From: Vampirovibrio chlorellavorus
Lineage (GTDB): Bacteria; Cyanobacteriota; Vampirovibrionia; Vampirovibrionales; Vampirovibrionaceae
Direction of reading: 5' to 3'
DNA length: 64,000 nucleotides
Assembly: GCA_001858525.1 (NCBI GenBank)
Contig: LAPX01000004.1
Span: 460,894-524,893, forward strand
In this document: positions 10,036 through 19,719 of the stretch, one piece after another
Position numbering within the stretch: position 1 is the first letter of the stretch
Layout of the letters: every line of letters begins with the position of its first letter
Made by a program: the position numbers and the translations under genes
Notes under the pieces: generated by a model
The model's database searches: none
What the model was told of the DNA's origin: nothing
What the model saw: only the letters and a program-made list of their open reading frames with translations

Positions 10036-11124
10036 GTGCCGGTTTCTCTGTCTCTGGCCATGATTGTTAAAAACGAGGAGCGGGTCTTGGGGCGTATTCT
10101 GTCTCAAGTAGCTGGCCTATGCGATGAACTGGTGGTGGTGGACACCGGATCCACCGATGGCACAGTAGCCTTGGCCGAATCGTTGGGGGCCAAAGTATTT
10201 CATTTTGAGTGGATTGATGACTTTGCGGCGGCTCGCAACGAAGCCTTTTCCCACTGCACAGGCGATTGGATACTCTGGCTGGATGCCGATGACCTGATTA
10301 CAGAGGCCCATTGTCAGCAATTGCTGGCTTTGAAGCAATCTGGCTTGAACGATCAGCTGGATGCGGTGGTGTGCAGTTATCAGATTGCCTTTGATGCCAA
10401 TGGCCAATGCCTGATATCTATGGCCCGAGAGCGATTGCTGCGACGAGCCGCTGGCGGCTCTTGGCAGTTTCCCATTCACGAGGCGTTTGTACTGCCAGAG
10501 AACACCGTCATTCTGGAGCGCCTGGATATTGCCATCGAGCACCACAAGCCGCCAGCGTATATAGAACGCTCCGTGGATCGCAATCTGAACCTGTTGGAGG
10601 CCCTGATTGAACGGGGCGATCAATCCCCGCGCACCTGGTATTACTATGGAAAAGAATTGCGGCATCACGGGCGTCTGGCTGAAGCCATCGCGGCCTTTAC
10701 CCGACATCTGGAACTCAATGCCAATGAGCGAATCAGCGGCTATCAGGCCATGCATCTCTCCATGCTCTGTTGTATGGAGCTAGAGCGATACGAGGAGGCC
10801 TTGAGCTGGGGGCATCGGGCCTTGGCTTCCGATGGTCGCCGAGCGGAGGCCTTAGTAAGTCTGGGTGTGGTGTATTATCGTCTGGGTGCTTATGCGGAGG
10901 CTGTTCCGGTGTTGACGGCTGCGACGGCTTGCCACAAGCCCAATGCCGGACTCATAGTGGAAGAGGATTACAGCTGGAAGCCCTACCATTACCTAAGTCT
11001 TTGTTATGAGGGGCTGGGGGATTACGCAAAAGCCATTGAAGCGGCTCTGAAAGCCTATACAGGAATTCCGGACAAAGGGGTCATTCGGGACAATATCATT
11101 TGCTTTGCCCGCAAATTGGGATAA
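10036..11124 (+). CDS. GT2 glycosyltransferase with TPR repeats
   Basis: MIVKNEE, VDTGSTDGT, WIDDFAAARN, LDADD, IHE, then TPR-like helices. Confidence 0.92.
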   Translation: MPVSLSLAMIVKNEERVLGRILSQVAGLCDELVVVDTGSTDGTVALAESLGAKVFHFEWIDDFAAARNEAFSHCTGDWILWLDADDLITEAHCQQLLALKQSGLNDQLDAVVCSYQIAFDANGQCLISMARERLLRRAAGGSWQFPIHEAFVLPENTVILERLDIAIEHHKPPAYIERSVDRNLNLLEALIERGDQSPRTWYYYGKELRHHGRLAEAIAAFTRHLELNANERISGYQAMHLSMLCCMELERYEEALSWGHRALASDGRRAEALVSLGVVYYRLGAYAEAVPVLTAATACHKPNAGLIVEEDYSWKPYHYLSLCYEGLGDYAKAIEAALKAYTGIPDKGVIRDNIICFARKLG

Positions 11125-11187
11125 ACCGGCTCAAACAAAATTTTTAAACATAACTTGGAGGGGCTTGTCATTTTGCTTGAAATAAAG

Positions 11188-11205
11188 TATCTTGATATCA
11201 AGATA
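11188..11205. promoter_or_regulatory. MarR (MhqR-type) operator
   Basis: Perfect 18-bp palindrome TATCTTGAT|ATCAAGATA, 20 bp before the MarR start. Confidence 0.75.
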
Positions 11206-11225
11206 TAAAAATTAGAGTTTAAGCA

Positions 11226-11675
11226 ATGTACAACCCCACCCAAGAACCTTATCAGAGCGCTCACCTGTGGCTGGTCCTGATGAAAGCGACCCAAGCCATT
11301 CGAGAGCATGACTTGAGAAGTATTGAATCCTCTGGCCTGTGTTTTTCCGATTTCGCCATTCTGGAACTCTTACTGCACAAAGGCCCGCTGCCTGTGAACT
11401 TAATTGGCGAAAAGGTTCAGCTCACCAGCGGTTCCATTACCACCGCCATTGATCGCCTGGAAAAACGGGACTTGGTGCAACGCCAGTCATCACCCACCGA
11501 TCGCCGGGTCCGGCTGGTTCAATTAACCGAAACTGGCCGGGCGCTCATTGAACGTTTTTTTGAGCAGCATGTGCAAGCCCTGCATGTGGCCACCTCCGGC
11601 TTAAGCGGTGAAGAGAAAACACAGTTGATCGACCTGCTTAAAAAGCTGGGAAAGCAGGCCAAAGCATTGTTTTAA
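11226..11675 (+). CDS. MarR family regulator (MhqR-like)
   Basis: FAILELLLHKGPLPVN, TSGSITTAIDRLE, DRRVRLVQLT. Confidence 0.92.
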   Translation: MYNPTQEPYQSAHLWLVLMKATQAIREHDLRSIESSGLCFSDFAILELLLHKGPLPVNLIGEKVQLTSGSITTAIDRLEKRDLVQRQSSPTDRRVRLVQLTETGRALIERFFEQHVQALHVATSGLSGEEKTQLIDLLKKLGKQAKALF

Positions 11676-11725
11676 AGTTTTCCGAAACAAATTTAAAAAT
11701 TACAAAAAATAAGGAGATTAGATCG

Positions 11726-12169
11726 ATGAATTGGAACACCTATTTTCAGTCCAAGACCTGGCCTTCGTTGGGCTTATTGGCCTTCCGGGTCGTAATGGGC
11801 AGCGCCTTTGTATTCCATGGCTTGCCCAAAGCCCAAAATGCCTTTACCTGGATGGGTGAAGGAACCATTCCCGGCATCCTTCAGGCCTTTGCCGCCTATT
11901 CGGAAGTGCTGGGCGGTGCGGCTCTGGCCCTGGGCTTTTTAACCCCGTTGGCCAGCCTGGTGTTAATCGGCACCATGATTGGCGCCTTGAGCCTGGTTCA
12001 CTGGCCCAGTGGACATCCTTTCGTCAGCGCCACGGGCGATGGTTCCTGTGAATTGGCATTGGTCTATCTCACCGGCGCCTTGCTATTCCTGCTGAATAGC
12101 CCCGGCAAATTTTCCGTGGATTACTGGTTGCTGAAAGCCAAATTCAACCCGGCTCAAACGGCTGCCTAG
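11726..12169 (+). CDS. DoxX family membrane protein
   Basis: FRVVMGSAFVFHG, GFLTPLA, PGKFSVD. Confidence 0.9.
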   Translation: MNWNTYFQSKTWPSLGLLAFRVVMGSAFVFHGLPKAQNAFTWMGEGTIPGILQAFAAYSEVLGGAALALGFLTPLASLVLIGTMIGALSLVHWPSGHPFVSATGDGSCELALVYLTGALLFLLNSPGKFSVDYWLLKAKFNPAQTAA

Positions 12170-12204
12170 TTGAAGCCTCACGTCACCACCTATTAGAAAG
12201 GATC

Positions 12205-12963
12205 ATGGTTATGAACACGCTCAGCAAACTTACAGTTAGAAGCAGTCAGGAACGGGGACGCACCCACATTGACTGGCTGGACAGTTACCACACCTTTTCC
12301 TTTGGCGATTACTTCGAACCGCGCTTTCATCATTTCAGCGATCTGCGGGTGATTAATGATGATCTCATCCAGCCGGGCGGTGGCTTTCCCTCTCACGGGC
12401 ACCGGGATATGGAAATTCTCACGGTGGTGCTGAAAGGCGAATTGAGTCATCAGGACAGTTTGGGCAACGGCTCCACCATTCGTCCCGGTGAAATTCAGCG
12501 TATGACCGCAGGTACCGGTGTGATGCACAGCGAGTTCAATGCCTCAAGCACAGACGCCTTGCATCTGCTGCAAATCTGGATTCATCCTCAAGAAAAAGGG
12601 TTGGCGCCCGGTTATGAGCAAAAATCGTTTATAGCCTTGCAGCCTTCACAAGTTACTTTGGAAGATTCGAGCAGCACGGCGTTTCAGTGCATTGCCTCTC
12701 CCTCCGGAGAAGGCTCTGCGGTGCGCATTCATCAGGATGCCTTTCTCTATCGGGCGGCCCTGGATGCGGGTCAGCATAGCACCTTCGCTCTTTCCTCGAA
12801 TCGTCATTACTGGCTGCATGTGGCCACTGGTCAGGTAGAAGTTGATGGGCGTGTCTTGCAGGCAGGGGATGCCCTGGGCCTGACCGATTCCGATGCTCTT
12901 CTGGACCTGACGGCTCAAGCATCAGAAACGCAAATATTGCTCTTTGATCTGAGAAGTGTTTGA
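12205..12963 (+). CDS. Pirin family protein (YhhW-like)
   Basis: WLDSYHTFSF, HGHRDMEI, MTAGTGVMHSE, LQIWI. Confidence 0.95.
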   Translation: MVMNTLSKLTVRSSQERGRTHIDWLDSYHTFSFGDYFEPRFHHFSDLRVINDDLIQPGGGFPSHGHRDMEILTVVLKGELSHQDSLGNGSTIRPGEIQRMTAGTGVMHSEFNASSTDALHLLQIWIHPQEKGLAPGYEQKSFIALQPSQVTLEDSSSTAFQCIASPSGEGSAVRIHQDAFLYRAALDAGQHSTFALSSNRHYWLHVATGQVEVDGRVLQAGDALGLTDSDALLDLTAQASETQILLFDLRSV

Positions 12964-13155
12964 GAAACTTTCTGAGATTTTTAGAGCACTTTTTTAACAG
13001 GTCTCATTGAATTTGCTCAGCTTCATGGTCCTGTGTGTGATTTTAGTCATTTAAAAGCATGCACAGGGCTTTTTGAGGTTGAGCTTTCTTGTTTTGAAGC
13101 TCTGCTACAGTGTTGTTGGGGTTCCTGCCGGTGTTGGATATTTTCACGCTTGAGT

Positions 13156-13185
13156 TTGACACCATCCTACAAAAAAGTTTATAAA
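13156..13185 (+). promoter_or_regulatory. Sigma-70-type promoter candidate
   Basis: TTGACA-N18-TATAAA upstream of 13351. Confidence 0.45.
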
Positions 13186-13350
13186 AACAATATAAACCGT
13201 AGAACTTTCGCTTTGAGTGAGTAAGCCCCCTTGGGTAGAGGTGAATGACAGGCGTGGCTGAGGTTTGATCTGCCTAGGGTAAATGATGTGTCGTACGAAT
13301 AGACGCTGTTTTTAGAGAACAGCGTTTTATAGAAAAGTGGAGTTGGATCA

Positions 13351-14586
13351 ATGAAAAAGTCCTTTGGATTCTCTTTGGCTACTTTAACCGCAGTGGTATT
13401 GCTGCAAAACAGCAATGCTTTTGCCTATCAATTAAACGCGGCGGATAGAACGCTATCCGTGACCCCCGGTCAAACCGCTCAAGCCACTACGTCTGACTTG
13501 AAAAGCGTACTGAGCTATTTGTCCAGCTTGAAAGACAAAAGCAAGCCATGGCGGGTACTAATGGCCCCTGGTAAATACCTGGTTACCAATCAGCTCACCG
13601 TTCGCAATTTGCAGAACGTAGAATTTGTCTCGGATATGAATAAGCCTGCCCAGCTGATCAAGGACGCCGCATGGAACGCCACCACCGGTGGAGAGTACTT
13701 GTTGAATGTGACTTACAGTAAAAATGTGTCCATGAGTGGCATGCAGTTTTATGGCCAAACCGACTATAAAAATAATGCAGATCCGGTGTGGCCAGATCAG
13801 GGCATTTACTTTGGCTCTTGCGATACCATTCGGATTCAGAATAATGGCTTTTTTAACTTCGGAAACAGCGCTTTGCGGGTTGCCACCCACGAGCGGGATC
13901 CCATTCCAGGGGTGAATAGCCGCAACACCCAGGTGCTGAATAATCTGTTCAATAACGTGTATCAAATTTCCACGACCACCAACGATACCGTTCATGGTGG
14001 CACCCAGAACTACTTGCTGCAAGGCAACGTATTCTACAACCTGCGGGGGTCCATCAAATTCGCTACCCGTACGGCAGGGGCTGAGAACATCAAAATTTTG
14101 AACAACCGGGTCAATGGTGGCAGTCACTATGGTATTGAAATTAATAATTACAATAACGTGGAAATTCGTGGCAATCAGTTACAAAATATCAAGGAATTCG
14201 CCATGAATATCTACACCAATACGCGGGCAACGGGCTCCTTTAACTGGGGTGAAAACTACACTATTGCCGATAACGTCATGACCACCGTGGGCAAAGGCTT
14301 GCGTTTCAGTACCGAGCCTTATGCTGATGGCACCAAGGTGTTTGGCAAGAACGTGCAAATCACCAATAATATTTTTAATGGGGTTACCGATGCCAGTTTT
14401 GGTGGCGCCGCCATTTCTCAAATCAACGGGAATATTAATGGGCTGACCATTACTCAGAATCAATTGAATAACATTGCTAACAAAAGGTACATCAGCTACA
14501 GTTCCGGTAGCACGATTACCAGTTATTTGAATAACCTGGTGAATGGTGTCGCCTATGGTCCACAACAAACCACGGCGACCAAATAA
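13351..14586 (+). CDS. Secreted right-handed parallel beta-helix protein
   Basis: Sec-type signal peptide (MKKS...AFA), PGKY motif, Asn-ladder repeats such as IKILNNRV and VEIRGNQL. Confidence 0.8.
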   Translation: MKKSFGFSLATLTAVVLLQNSNAFAYQLNAADRTLSVTPGQTAQATTSDLKSVLSYLSSLKDKSKPWRVLMAPGKYLVTNQLTVRNLQNVEFVSDMNKPAQLIKDAAWNATTGGEYLLNVTYSKNVSMSGMQFYGQTDYKNNADPVWPDQGIYFGSCDTIRIQNNGFFNFGNSALRVATHERDPIPGVNSRNTQVLNNLFNNVYQISTTTNDTVHGGTQNYLLQGNVFYNLRGSIKFATRTAGAENIKILNNRVNGGSHYGIEINNYNNVEIRGNQLQNIKEFAMNIYTNTRATGSFNWGENYTIADNVMTTVGKGLRFSTEPYADGTKVFGKNVQITNNIFNGVTDASFGGAAISQINGNINGLTITQNQLNNIANKRYISYSSGSTITSYLNNLVNGVAYGPQQTTATK

Positions 14587-14597
14587 CGCTGAAACAG

Positions 14598-14630
14598 AAA
14601 GCAGGCCAGTGACAAAGCTGGCCTGCTTTT
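14598..14630. terminator. Bidirectional intrinsic terminator
   Basis: AAAGCAGGCCAG...CTGGCCTGCTTTT between convergent genes. Confidence 0.8.
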
Positions 14631-14659
14631 CCGTTTTTTAGTTTTCGAAATTTAAGCCA

Positions 14660-15484
14660 TTAGATGATGGGTGCAGCCAGCTCGGCAATATAGTCTCGTA
14701 TACTATCCACGGAGTCGTTTGGATCCAGTTTCTGAATTTTAGCCATCACCGCAGAACCGACAATGACTCCATCGGCACCCAGGGCAATCATGCTTTTCAC
14801 ATGCTCCCGCTTGGAAATGCCAAAGCCCACGCAGACGGGCAAGTCAGAACACTGGCGCGCTTGAGTCAATAAATTGCCCAGCGCTTGATCGTAGCGTTCT
14901 TCCACGCCGGTAATGCCAAGACGCGAGACCGCGTATAAAAATCCACCGGATTGGGCCGCAATTTTCGGCAGACGCTCCGCAGTGGTGCGGGTGGAAATAA
15001 TGGACGTGAGTTGCAAGCCGTAATTCTCTAGAGCCGGTTTGATTTCGGCGATACCTTCCACCGGTAAGTCGGCAATCAGTAGACCGTCGGCTCCGGCTTG
15101 GGCAATATCCTGACAAAAGCGATCAATGCCCCGAACCAGCACCAGGTTGTAATACACCAATAAACTAATCGGAATATGCGGATATTTTTGCCGAATTTGT
15201 TTCAGCAAATCCAACGCCTGATCCACATCAAAGCCCGCTTCTAAGACCTCTCGACCCGCCTGCTGAATCAGCGGACCATCGGCCACCGGATCACTGAACG
15301 CCAGACCCAGTTCCAGGGCACTGGCCCCACCAGCCACAAAGGCATCAATGGTCTCCATGCATCTTTGGGGGGTCGGCCATCCCAGCAGGGTAAAGGGGAT
15401 CAGGGCATGGCGTTTTTCCTGTTTCAAACGGGCGAACAAGCCATCATAGCGAGACTGGGTTTGCGGTTGTCTAAGCGTGGACAT
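14660..15484 (-). CDS. trpA: Tryptophan synthase alpha
   Basis: [32 protein letters not shown]. Confidence 0.97.
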   Translation of the reverse strand: MSTLRQPQTQSRYDGLFARLKQEKRHALIPFTLLGWPTPQRCMETIDAFVAGGASALELGLAFSDPVADGPLIQQAGREVLEAGFDVDQALDLLKQIRQKYPHIPISLLVYYNLVLVRGIDRFCQDIAQAGADGLLIADLPVEGIAEIKPALENYGLQLTSIISTRTTAERLPKIAAQSGGFLYAVSRLGITGVEERYDQALGNLLTQARQCSDLPVCVGFGISKREHVKSMIALGADGVIVGSAVMAKIQKLDPNDSVDSIRDYIAELAAPII

Positions 15485-16658
15485 GATGGGCTCCTTCCTG
15501 TTGGGCCATGACTTGGTGTAAATCCTTGTCTCCCCGACCGGAGAGATTGATCAAAATAATCTGCTCCGGCGATCCCTGAGCGGCCAGCGTTTGGGCATAG
15601 GCCAGCGCGTGACAGGATTCCAGGGCGGGTAAAATGCCTTCGGTTTCAGCCAGTGTATGGAAAGCGGCCAGCGACTCAGCGTCCGTGGCAGAGGCATAAG
15701 TGGCCTCCCCAGTGCTTTGCATGTAGGCGTGTTCTGGGCCCACCAAGGGGTAGTCCAGTCCGGCGGAAATGCTGTAAGTTTCTCGGACCTGACCATCTCT
15801 GTCTTGCAAGGCCAAACTCTTCATGCCGTGCAAACAGCCGGGGGTTCCCTTGGCCAATACCGCCCCGTGATGCTCTGTCTCTAAGCCCAGTCCAGCGGGT
15901 TCCACCCCGATCAGTTGGGCGCTGGTATTGCGGAAGCCCTGAAAAATACCGATGGCATTGGACCCCCCGCCCACACAGGCCACTACTTTATCGGGCAACC
16001 GGCCAGCTTGTTCTAAAATTTGTTGATGCGCTTCTTCCCCAATAATCTGTTGAAAAAAGCGAACCAGCGTGGGGTAAGGATGAGGCCCAGCGGCGGTGCC
16101 CAGCAGGTAATAAGTATCCTGCAAGTTGCTGACCCAATCCCGCATGGCTTCATTAATGGCGTCTTTCAGGGTTTTGGAACCCACTTCCACCGCATGCACG
16201 GTAGCTCCCAATAATTTCATGCGAAATACGTTGGGCTGCTGACGCTCCATATCCACGGCGCCCATGTATACTTCGGTCTTGATTCCGAGCAGGGCCCCAG
16301 CCATGGCGGTGGCCACACCGTGTTGGCCCGCACCGGTTTCGGCGATAATCCGGGTTTTGCCCATGCGCTTTGCCAACAAGGCTTGCCCAATGGCATTGTT
16401 GGTTTTGTGAGCACCACCGTGCAGCAGGTCTTCCCGCTTTAAAAAAACGCGGGCGCCATAGAGTTTAGAGAGATTTTTTGCTTCATAGAGGGGTGTGGGG
16501 CGCCCGGCGTAGTGTTTCAGTAAATGATGATATTCCTTTAAAAAGTCAGCGTCCTGGCTGGCCTCTAAAAAGGCGCTTTCCACTTCTTCCAGCGCAGGCA
16601 CTAAAAGTTCCGGAACATAAACGCCCCCGAAGGAGCCAAAAAAGCCTAGGGATTGCAT
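15471..16658 (-). CDS. trpB: Tryptophan synthase beta
   Basis: [33 protein letters not shown]. Confidence 0.98.
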   Translation of the reverse strand: MQSLGFFGSFGGVYVPELLVPALEEVESAFLEASQDADFLKEYHHLLKHYAGRPTPLYEAKNLSKLYGARVFLKREDLLHGGAHKTNNAIGQALLAKRMGKTRIIAETGAGQHGVATAMAGALLGIKTEVYMGAVDMERQQPNVFRMKLLGATVHAVEVGSKTLKDAINEAMRDWVSNLQDTYYLLGTAAGPHPYPTLVRFFQQIIGEEAHQQILEQAGRLPDKVVACVGGGSNAIGIFQGFRNTSAQLIGVEPAGLGLETEHHGAVLAKGTPGCLHGMKSLALQDRDGQVRETYSISAGLDYPLVGPEHAYMQSTGEATYASATDAESLAAFHTLAETEGILPALESCHALAYAQTLAAQGSPEQIILINLSGRGDKDLHQVMAQQEGAHHVHA

Positions 16659-17356
16659 GATGCGTTCTCTCCATGATTGGGTTGGGGTTTAAAATTTTTT
16701 ACGATGTGACAAAAGCGTTTCATTTTATCGACGTCTTTTTTTCCGGGCCCTTGCTCCACCCCAGAGGCCACATCGACCCCAGCGGGCTGGAAGGTTTGCA
16801 AGGCTTGTTGAATGTTCTCTGGGGTTAAGCCACCGGCCAACAGGCATGGAAAGTCGGATAAAAAGGATTCCAATATTTCTGAATAAGCGACATCCAAAAC
16901 GCTTGGAATGGCGCTGCCTTTGGGCAGATCCAGCAGTAGGGTTTGCACTTGAGGAACTTCCAAATAAGCTGCCGCTTGGCGGCGGAGCGCAGAGAAATCC
17001 AGTTCGGGTCGTTCTGGCAGTTCTGAATTGAGTAGCAGTGTTTTAATCACAGGTACCGAAATTTGAGCACAGAATGCGGGGCTTTCATTACCATGAAGCT
17101 GCACCCGATTGATGTTCAGGACTTGAATGTGATGCTCAATTTCAGAGAGCGATTGATTCTGAAAAACGCCCACCACCGTCGTTTCAGGATGAATGACCCG
17201 AAGCTGCCTCATAATCTCTTTGGCCGATTCCACTGATACAAAGCGAGGGGTCTGGGGCACGAAAATCAGGCCCAACCAATTCACGCCTGCCTCAACGGCG
17301 GCCATGGCATCAGCCGGGTTGGTAATCCCGCAAATTTTGATCCGAGGAGAGATCAT
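16646..17356 (-). CDS. trpF: Phosphoribosylanthranilate isomerase
   Basis: [29 protein letters not shown]. Confidence 0.96.
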   Translation of the reverse strand: MISPRIKICGITNPADAMAAVEAGVNWLGLIFVPQTPRFVSVESAKEIMRQLRVIHPETTVVGVFQNQSLSEIEHHIQVLNINRVQLHGNESPAFCAQISVPVIKTLLLNSELPERPELDFSALRRQAAAYLEVPQVQTLLLDLPKGSAIPSVLDVAYSEILESFLSDFPCLLAGGLTPENIQQALQTFQPAGVDVASGVEQGPGKKDVDKMKRFCHIVKNFKPQPNHGENASCNP

Positions 17357-18162
17357 GCCAATAATTCCTGAAGCTTTTTAGCCAGTGCCTCTGGGGTCGG
17401 TTCCCTCATTAGGGTAGAACCGATTAAAAAACCATCACAGTGGGGTTGCAATCTCAAAATATCCGCCCTGTCTTGAATGCCGCTGGCTGAAATTTTGAGA
17501 ATGCCCTCAGGGATCAGTGGGGATAAGCGCTCCGTGGTGGACAGATCCATTTTTAAAGTTTGTAGATTGCGGTTGTTGATAAGCAGAACAGAAGGATTGA
17601 TTTTCAGCGCTCGACGCACTTCTTCGGCATCCTGCACTTCAATCAGTGGGGTCATGCCCAGTGTTAAAACCAGTTGATTGAGTTCAGCGAGTTGTACATC
17701 GCTCAATGCTTTCACGATCAGTAAAACCGCCTGAGCTCCTGCTTGTCGTGCTTCATAGACTTGATAGGGATCGACAATAAAATCTTTGCAAAGGGTGGGG
17801 ATGGTGACTTGATTGCTAACTGATTGCAGCAATTCTAAACTGCCCCCAAAATAGTGGGCATCGGTTAAAACGGAGATGGCCACGCCGTATTGCGCATAAA
17901 TTGGCAATATGGATTCTAAATCCAGCGTTTTTTTAAGAACACCGGCGGATGGCGAAGCCGGTTTGATTTCCAAAATGCAGGCCGGTTTTTGGGTGGCGTT
18001 GTGAATGGGTTGAATAGACCGCTCCAGGGCGTGCGGCTGGGGAAAGGCCTGTACTTGGTTCACCCATTGGTTAAGTGGCCGGTGTTTTTTTCGATCCGCC
18101 ACTTCTTCAAGCGTGTGGGCCACGATGGTGCCTAGGACGTTATCAGCAGGCAAACTGTTCAT
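17353..18162 (-). CDS. trpC: Indole-3-glycerol phosphate synthase
   Basis: EIKPASPS, SVLTD, KDFIVDPYQ, INNRNL. Confidence 0.96.
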   Translation of the reverse strand: MNSLPADNVLGTIVAHTLEEVADRKKHRPLNQWVNQVQAFPQPHALERSIQPIHNATQKPACILEIKPASPSAGVLKKTLDLESILPIYAQYGVAISVLTDAHYFGGSLELLQSVSNQVTIPTLCKDFIVDPYQVYEARQAGAQAVLLIVKALSDVQLAELNQLVLTLGMTPLIEVQDAEEVRRALKINPSVLLINNRNLQTLKMDLSTTERLSPLIPEGILKISASGIQDRADILRLQPHCDGFLIGSTLMREPTPEALAKKLQELLA

Positions 18163-19123
18163 TGACCCTCCGGCATTGTTCCAGCGTGTGTAATGCGTTT
18201 CCGCTTTTTAAAATCTGTTTGGCTTCCTGAATGGCTTCCTCCAGCGTGCCGACTTTTTGGGCAATCAACAGGCCTGCACCAGCGTTGAGACAAACCATGT
18301 CATAATACGGCGATTGATCATCGTCCCCTTGAAGCAGCCGCATGAAAATTTTTAAATTCTCAGCAGGACTATGCCCGTTTTGTGGCAGTTCACGGTGTCC
18401 ATTTTTAGACAGGAAATCAGACGGAGAAATGGTTATTTCCGCACAGCGGTTGTTTTCCAGTTGTAACACCTGAGTGTTGCCGTGGATATCAATTTCATCC
18501 AAACCCGATTCCGCATGCACGATCCAGCCGCGTTCGCAGGTGCCAGTGTTAATCAAATGGTCGGCCATCCGTTGTTGCATGACGGGGTGAGAAACACCCA
18601 GCAGTCGGTATGCGGGTTTCACTGGATTGAGCAAGGGGCCCAAAAAATTAAACAGGGTGCGTATTTTCAAGGTGCGACGCAACTGGTTAAACCCTGCCAG
18701 TTGTGGATAACATTGCGGGGCGAATAGAAAAATCAGACCGCATTGTGCCAGCGCTTCCGGGATGCGATGCAAGTCCATCCGTTCGGAAAAACCGAGCTGA
18801 GCCAATAGATCAAAACTGCCACTGGCACTGCTAAAGCCCCGATTTCCAAATTTAACCACGGGAATCCCGGCTGCTGCTAAAATAAAGGCTACCGTGGTGG
18901 AGGTATTAAAATGGGGCAAGCCACTGCCACCGGTGCCGCAGCAATCCATGACCGGCATTGGGGGTAAAGCCAACGGTTCGGCGGTTTCCTGCAGGCAGGC
19001 CAAGGCATCCGAAAACAGGGCTGGGGTAATGCGTTCCGGGGTCAGTTGGCCCAGTAACGCAAGCGTTTCCGCTTCGTTGTATTCCAGATGAATGAGCTGG
19101 CGCAGTTGATCACGGCTTAGCAT
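18143..19123 (-). CDS. trpD: Anthranilate phosphoribosyltransferase
   Basis: DCCGTGG, NTST, KFGNR, FNFLGPLLNP, GLDE. Confidence 0.95.
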   Translation of the reverse strand: MLSRDQLRQLIHLEYNEAETLALLGQLTPERITPALFSDALACLQETAEPLALPPMPVMDCCGTGGSGLPHFNTSTTVAFILAAAGIPVVKFGNRGFSSASGSFDLLAQLGFSERMDLHRIPEALAQCGLIFLFAPQCYPQLAGFNQLRRTLKIRTLFNFLGPLLNPVKPAYRLLGVSHPVMQQRMADHLINTGTCERGWIVHAESGLDEIDIHGNTQVLQLENNRCAEITISPSDFLSKNGHRELPQNGHSPAENLKIFMRLLQGDDDQSPYYDMVCLNAGAGLLIAQKVGTLEEAIQEAKQILKSGNALHTLEQCRRVNEQFAC

Positions 19124-19719
19124 TGGACTAGAAAATTCCTTAAAATCTGTTTTCCCTGCGGGGTACCAATGGATTCCGGGTGAAACTGGATGCCATACAA
19201 GGGCTGTGTGCGGTGCTGCATGGCCATGGGAATGTTACTTTCCGCATCGCGGACGGTAATTTCCAAATCCGAAGGCAAGGTCTTTTCATCCACCAGTAGG
19301 GAGTGATAGCGCATGGCCTCAAACGTGGGGGGTAGACCCCCAAACAAAGGACTGGCAACCACTTGGCGCATGGGGCGGCTTTCCCCGTGTACGATTTCAG
19401 GTGCGGCTATGACGCCACCCCCCAAATAATGGGCCATGCCCTGATGCCCCAGACAGACACCCAGAACCGGGCAATTCAGTTCCGCTTGTTTTTGGATAAT
19501 CTCGGCACAAATGCCAAAATCCGAGGGCTCTGCGGGGTGGCCGGGGCCGGGGGACAGGATGATTCGCTGTGGTTTTTTAGCCAGCAAGGTTTGGAAATCA
19601 ACGCCATCATTTCGGTAGACTTCCACCGGGGCTTCCGTTTCCGCTTGCAGCATCTGGTATAAATTGAAGGTGAAGGAATCGTAATTATCAATAATCACGA
19701 CGGGTTGTGCTGCGGGCAT
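19117..19719 (-). CDS. trpG: Anthranilate synthase component II
   Basis: IDNYDSFTFN, SPGPG, GVCLGHQ, QFHPES. Confidence 0.96.
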   Translation of the reverse strand: MPAAQPVVIIDNYDSFTFNLYQMLQAETEAPVEVYRNDGVDFQTLLAKKPQRIILSPGPGHPAEPSDFGICAEIIQKQAELNCPVLGVCLGHQGMAHYLGGGVIAAPEIVHGESRPMRQVVASPLFGGLPPTFEAMRYHSLLVDEKTLPSDLEITVRDAESNIPMAMQHRTQPLYGIQFHPESIGTPQGKQILRNFLVQC

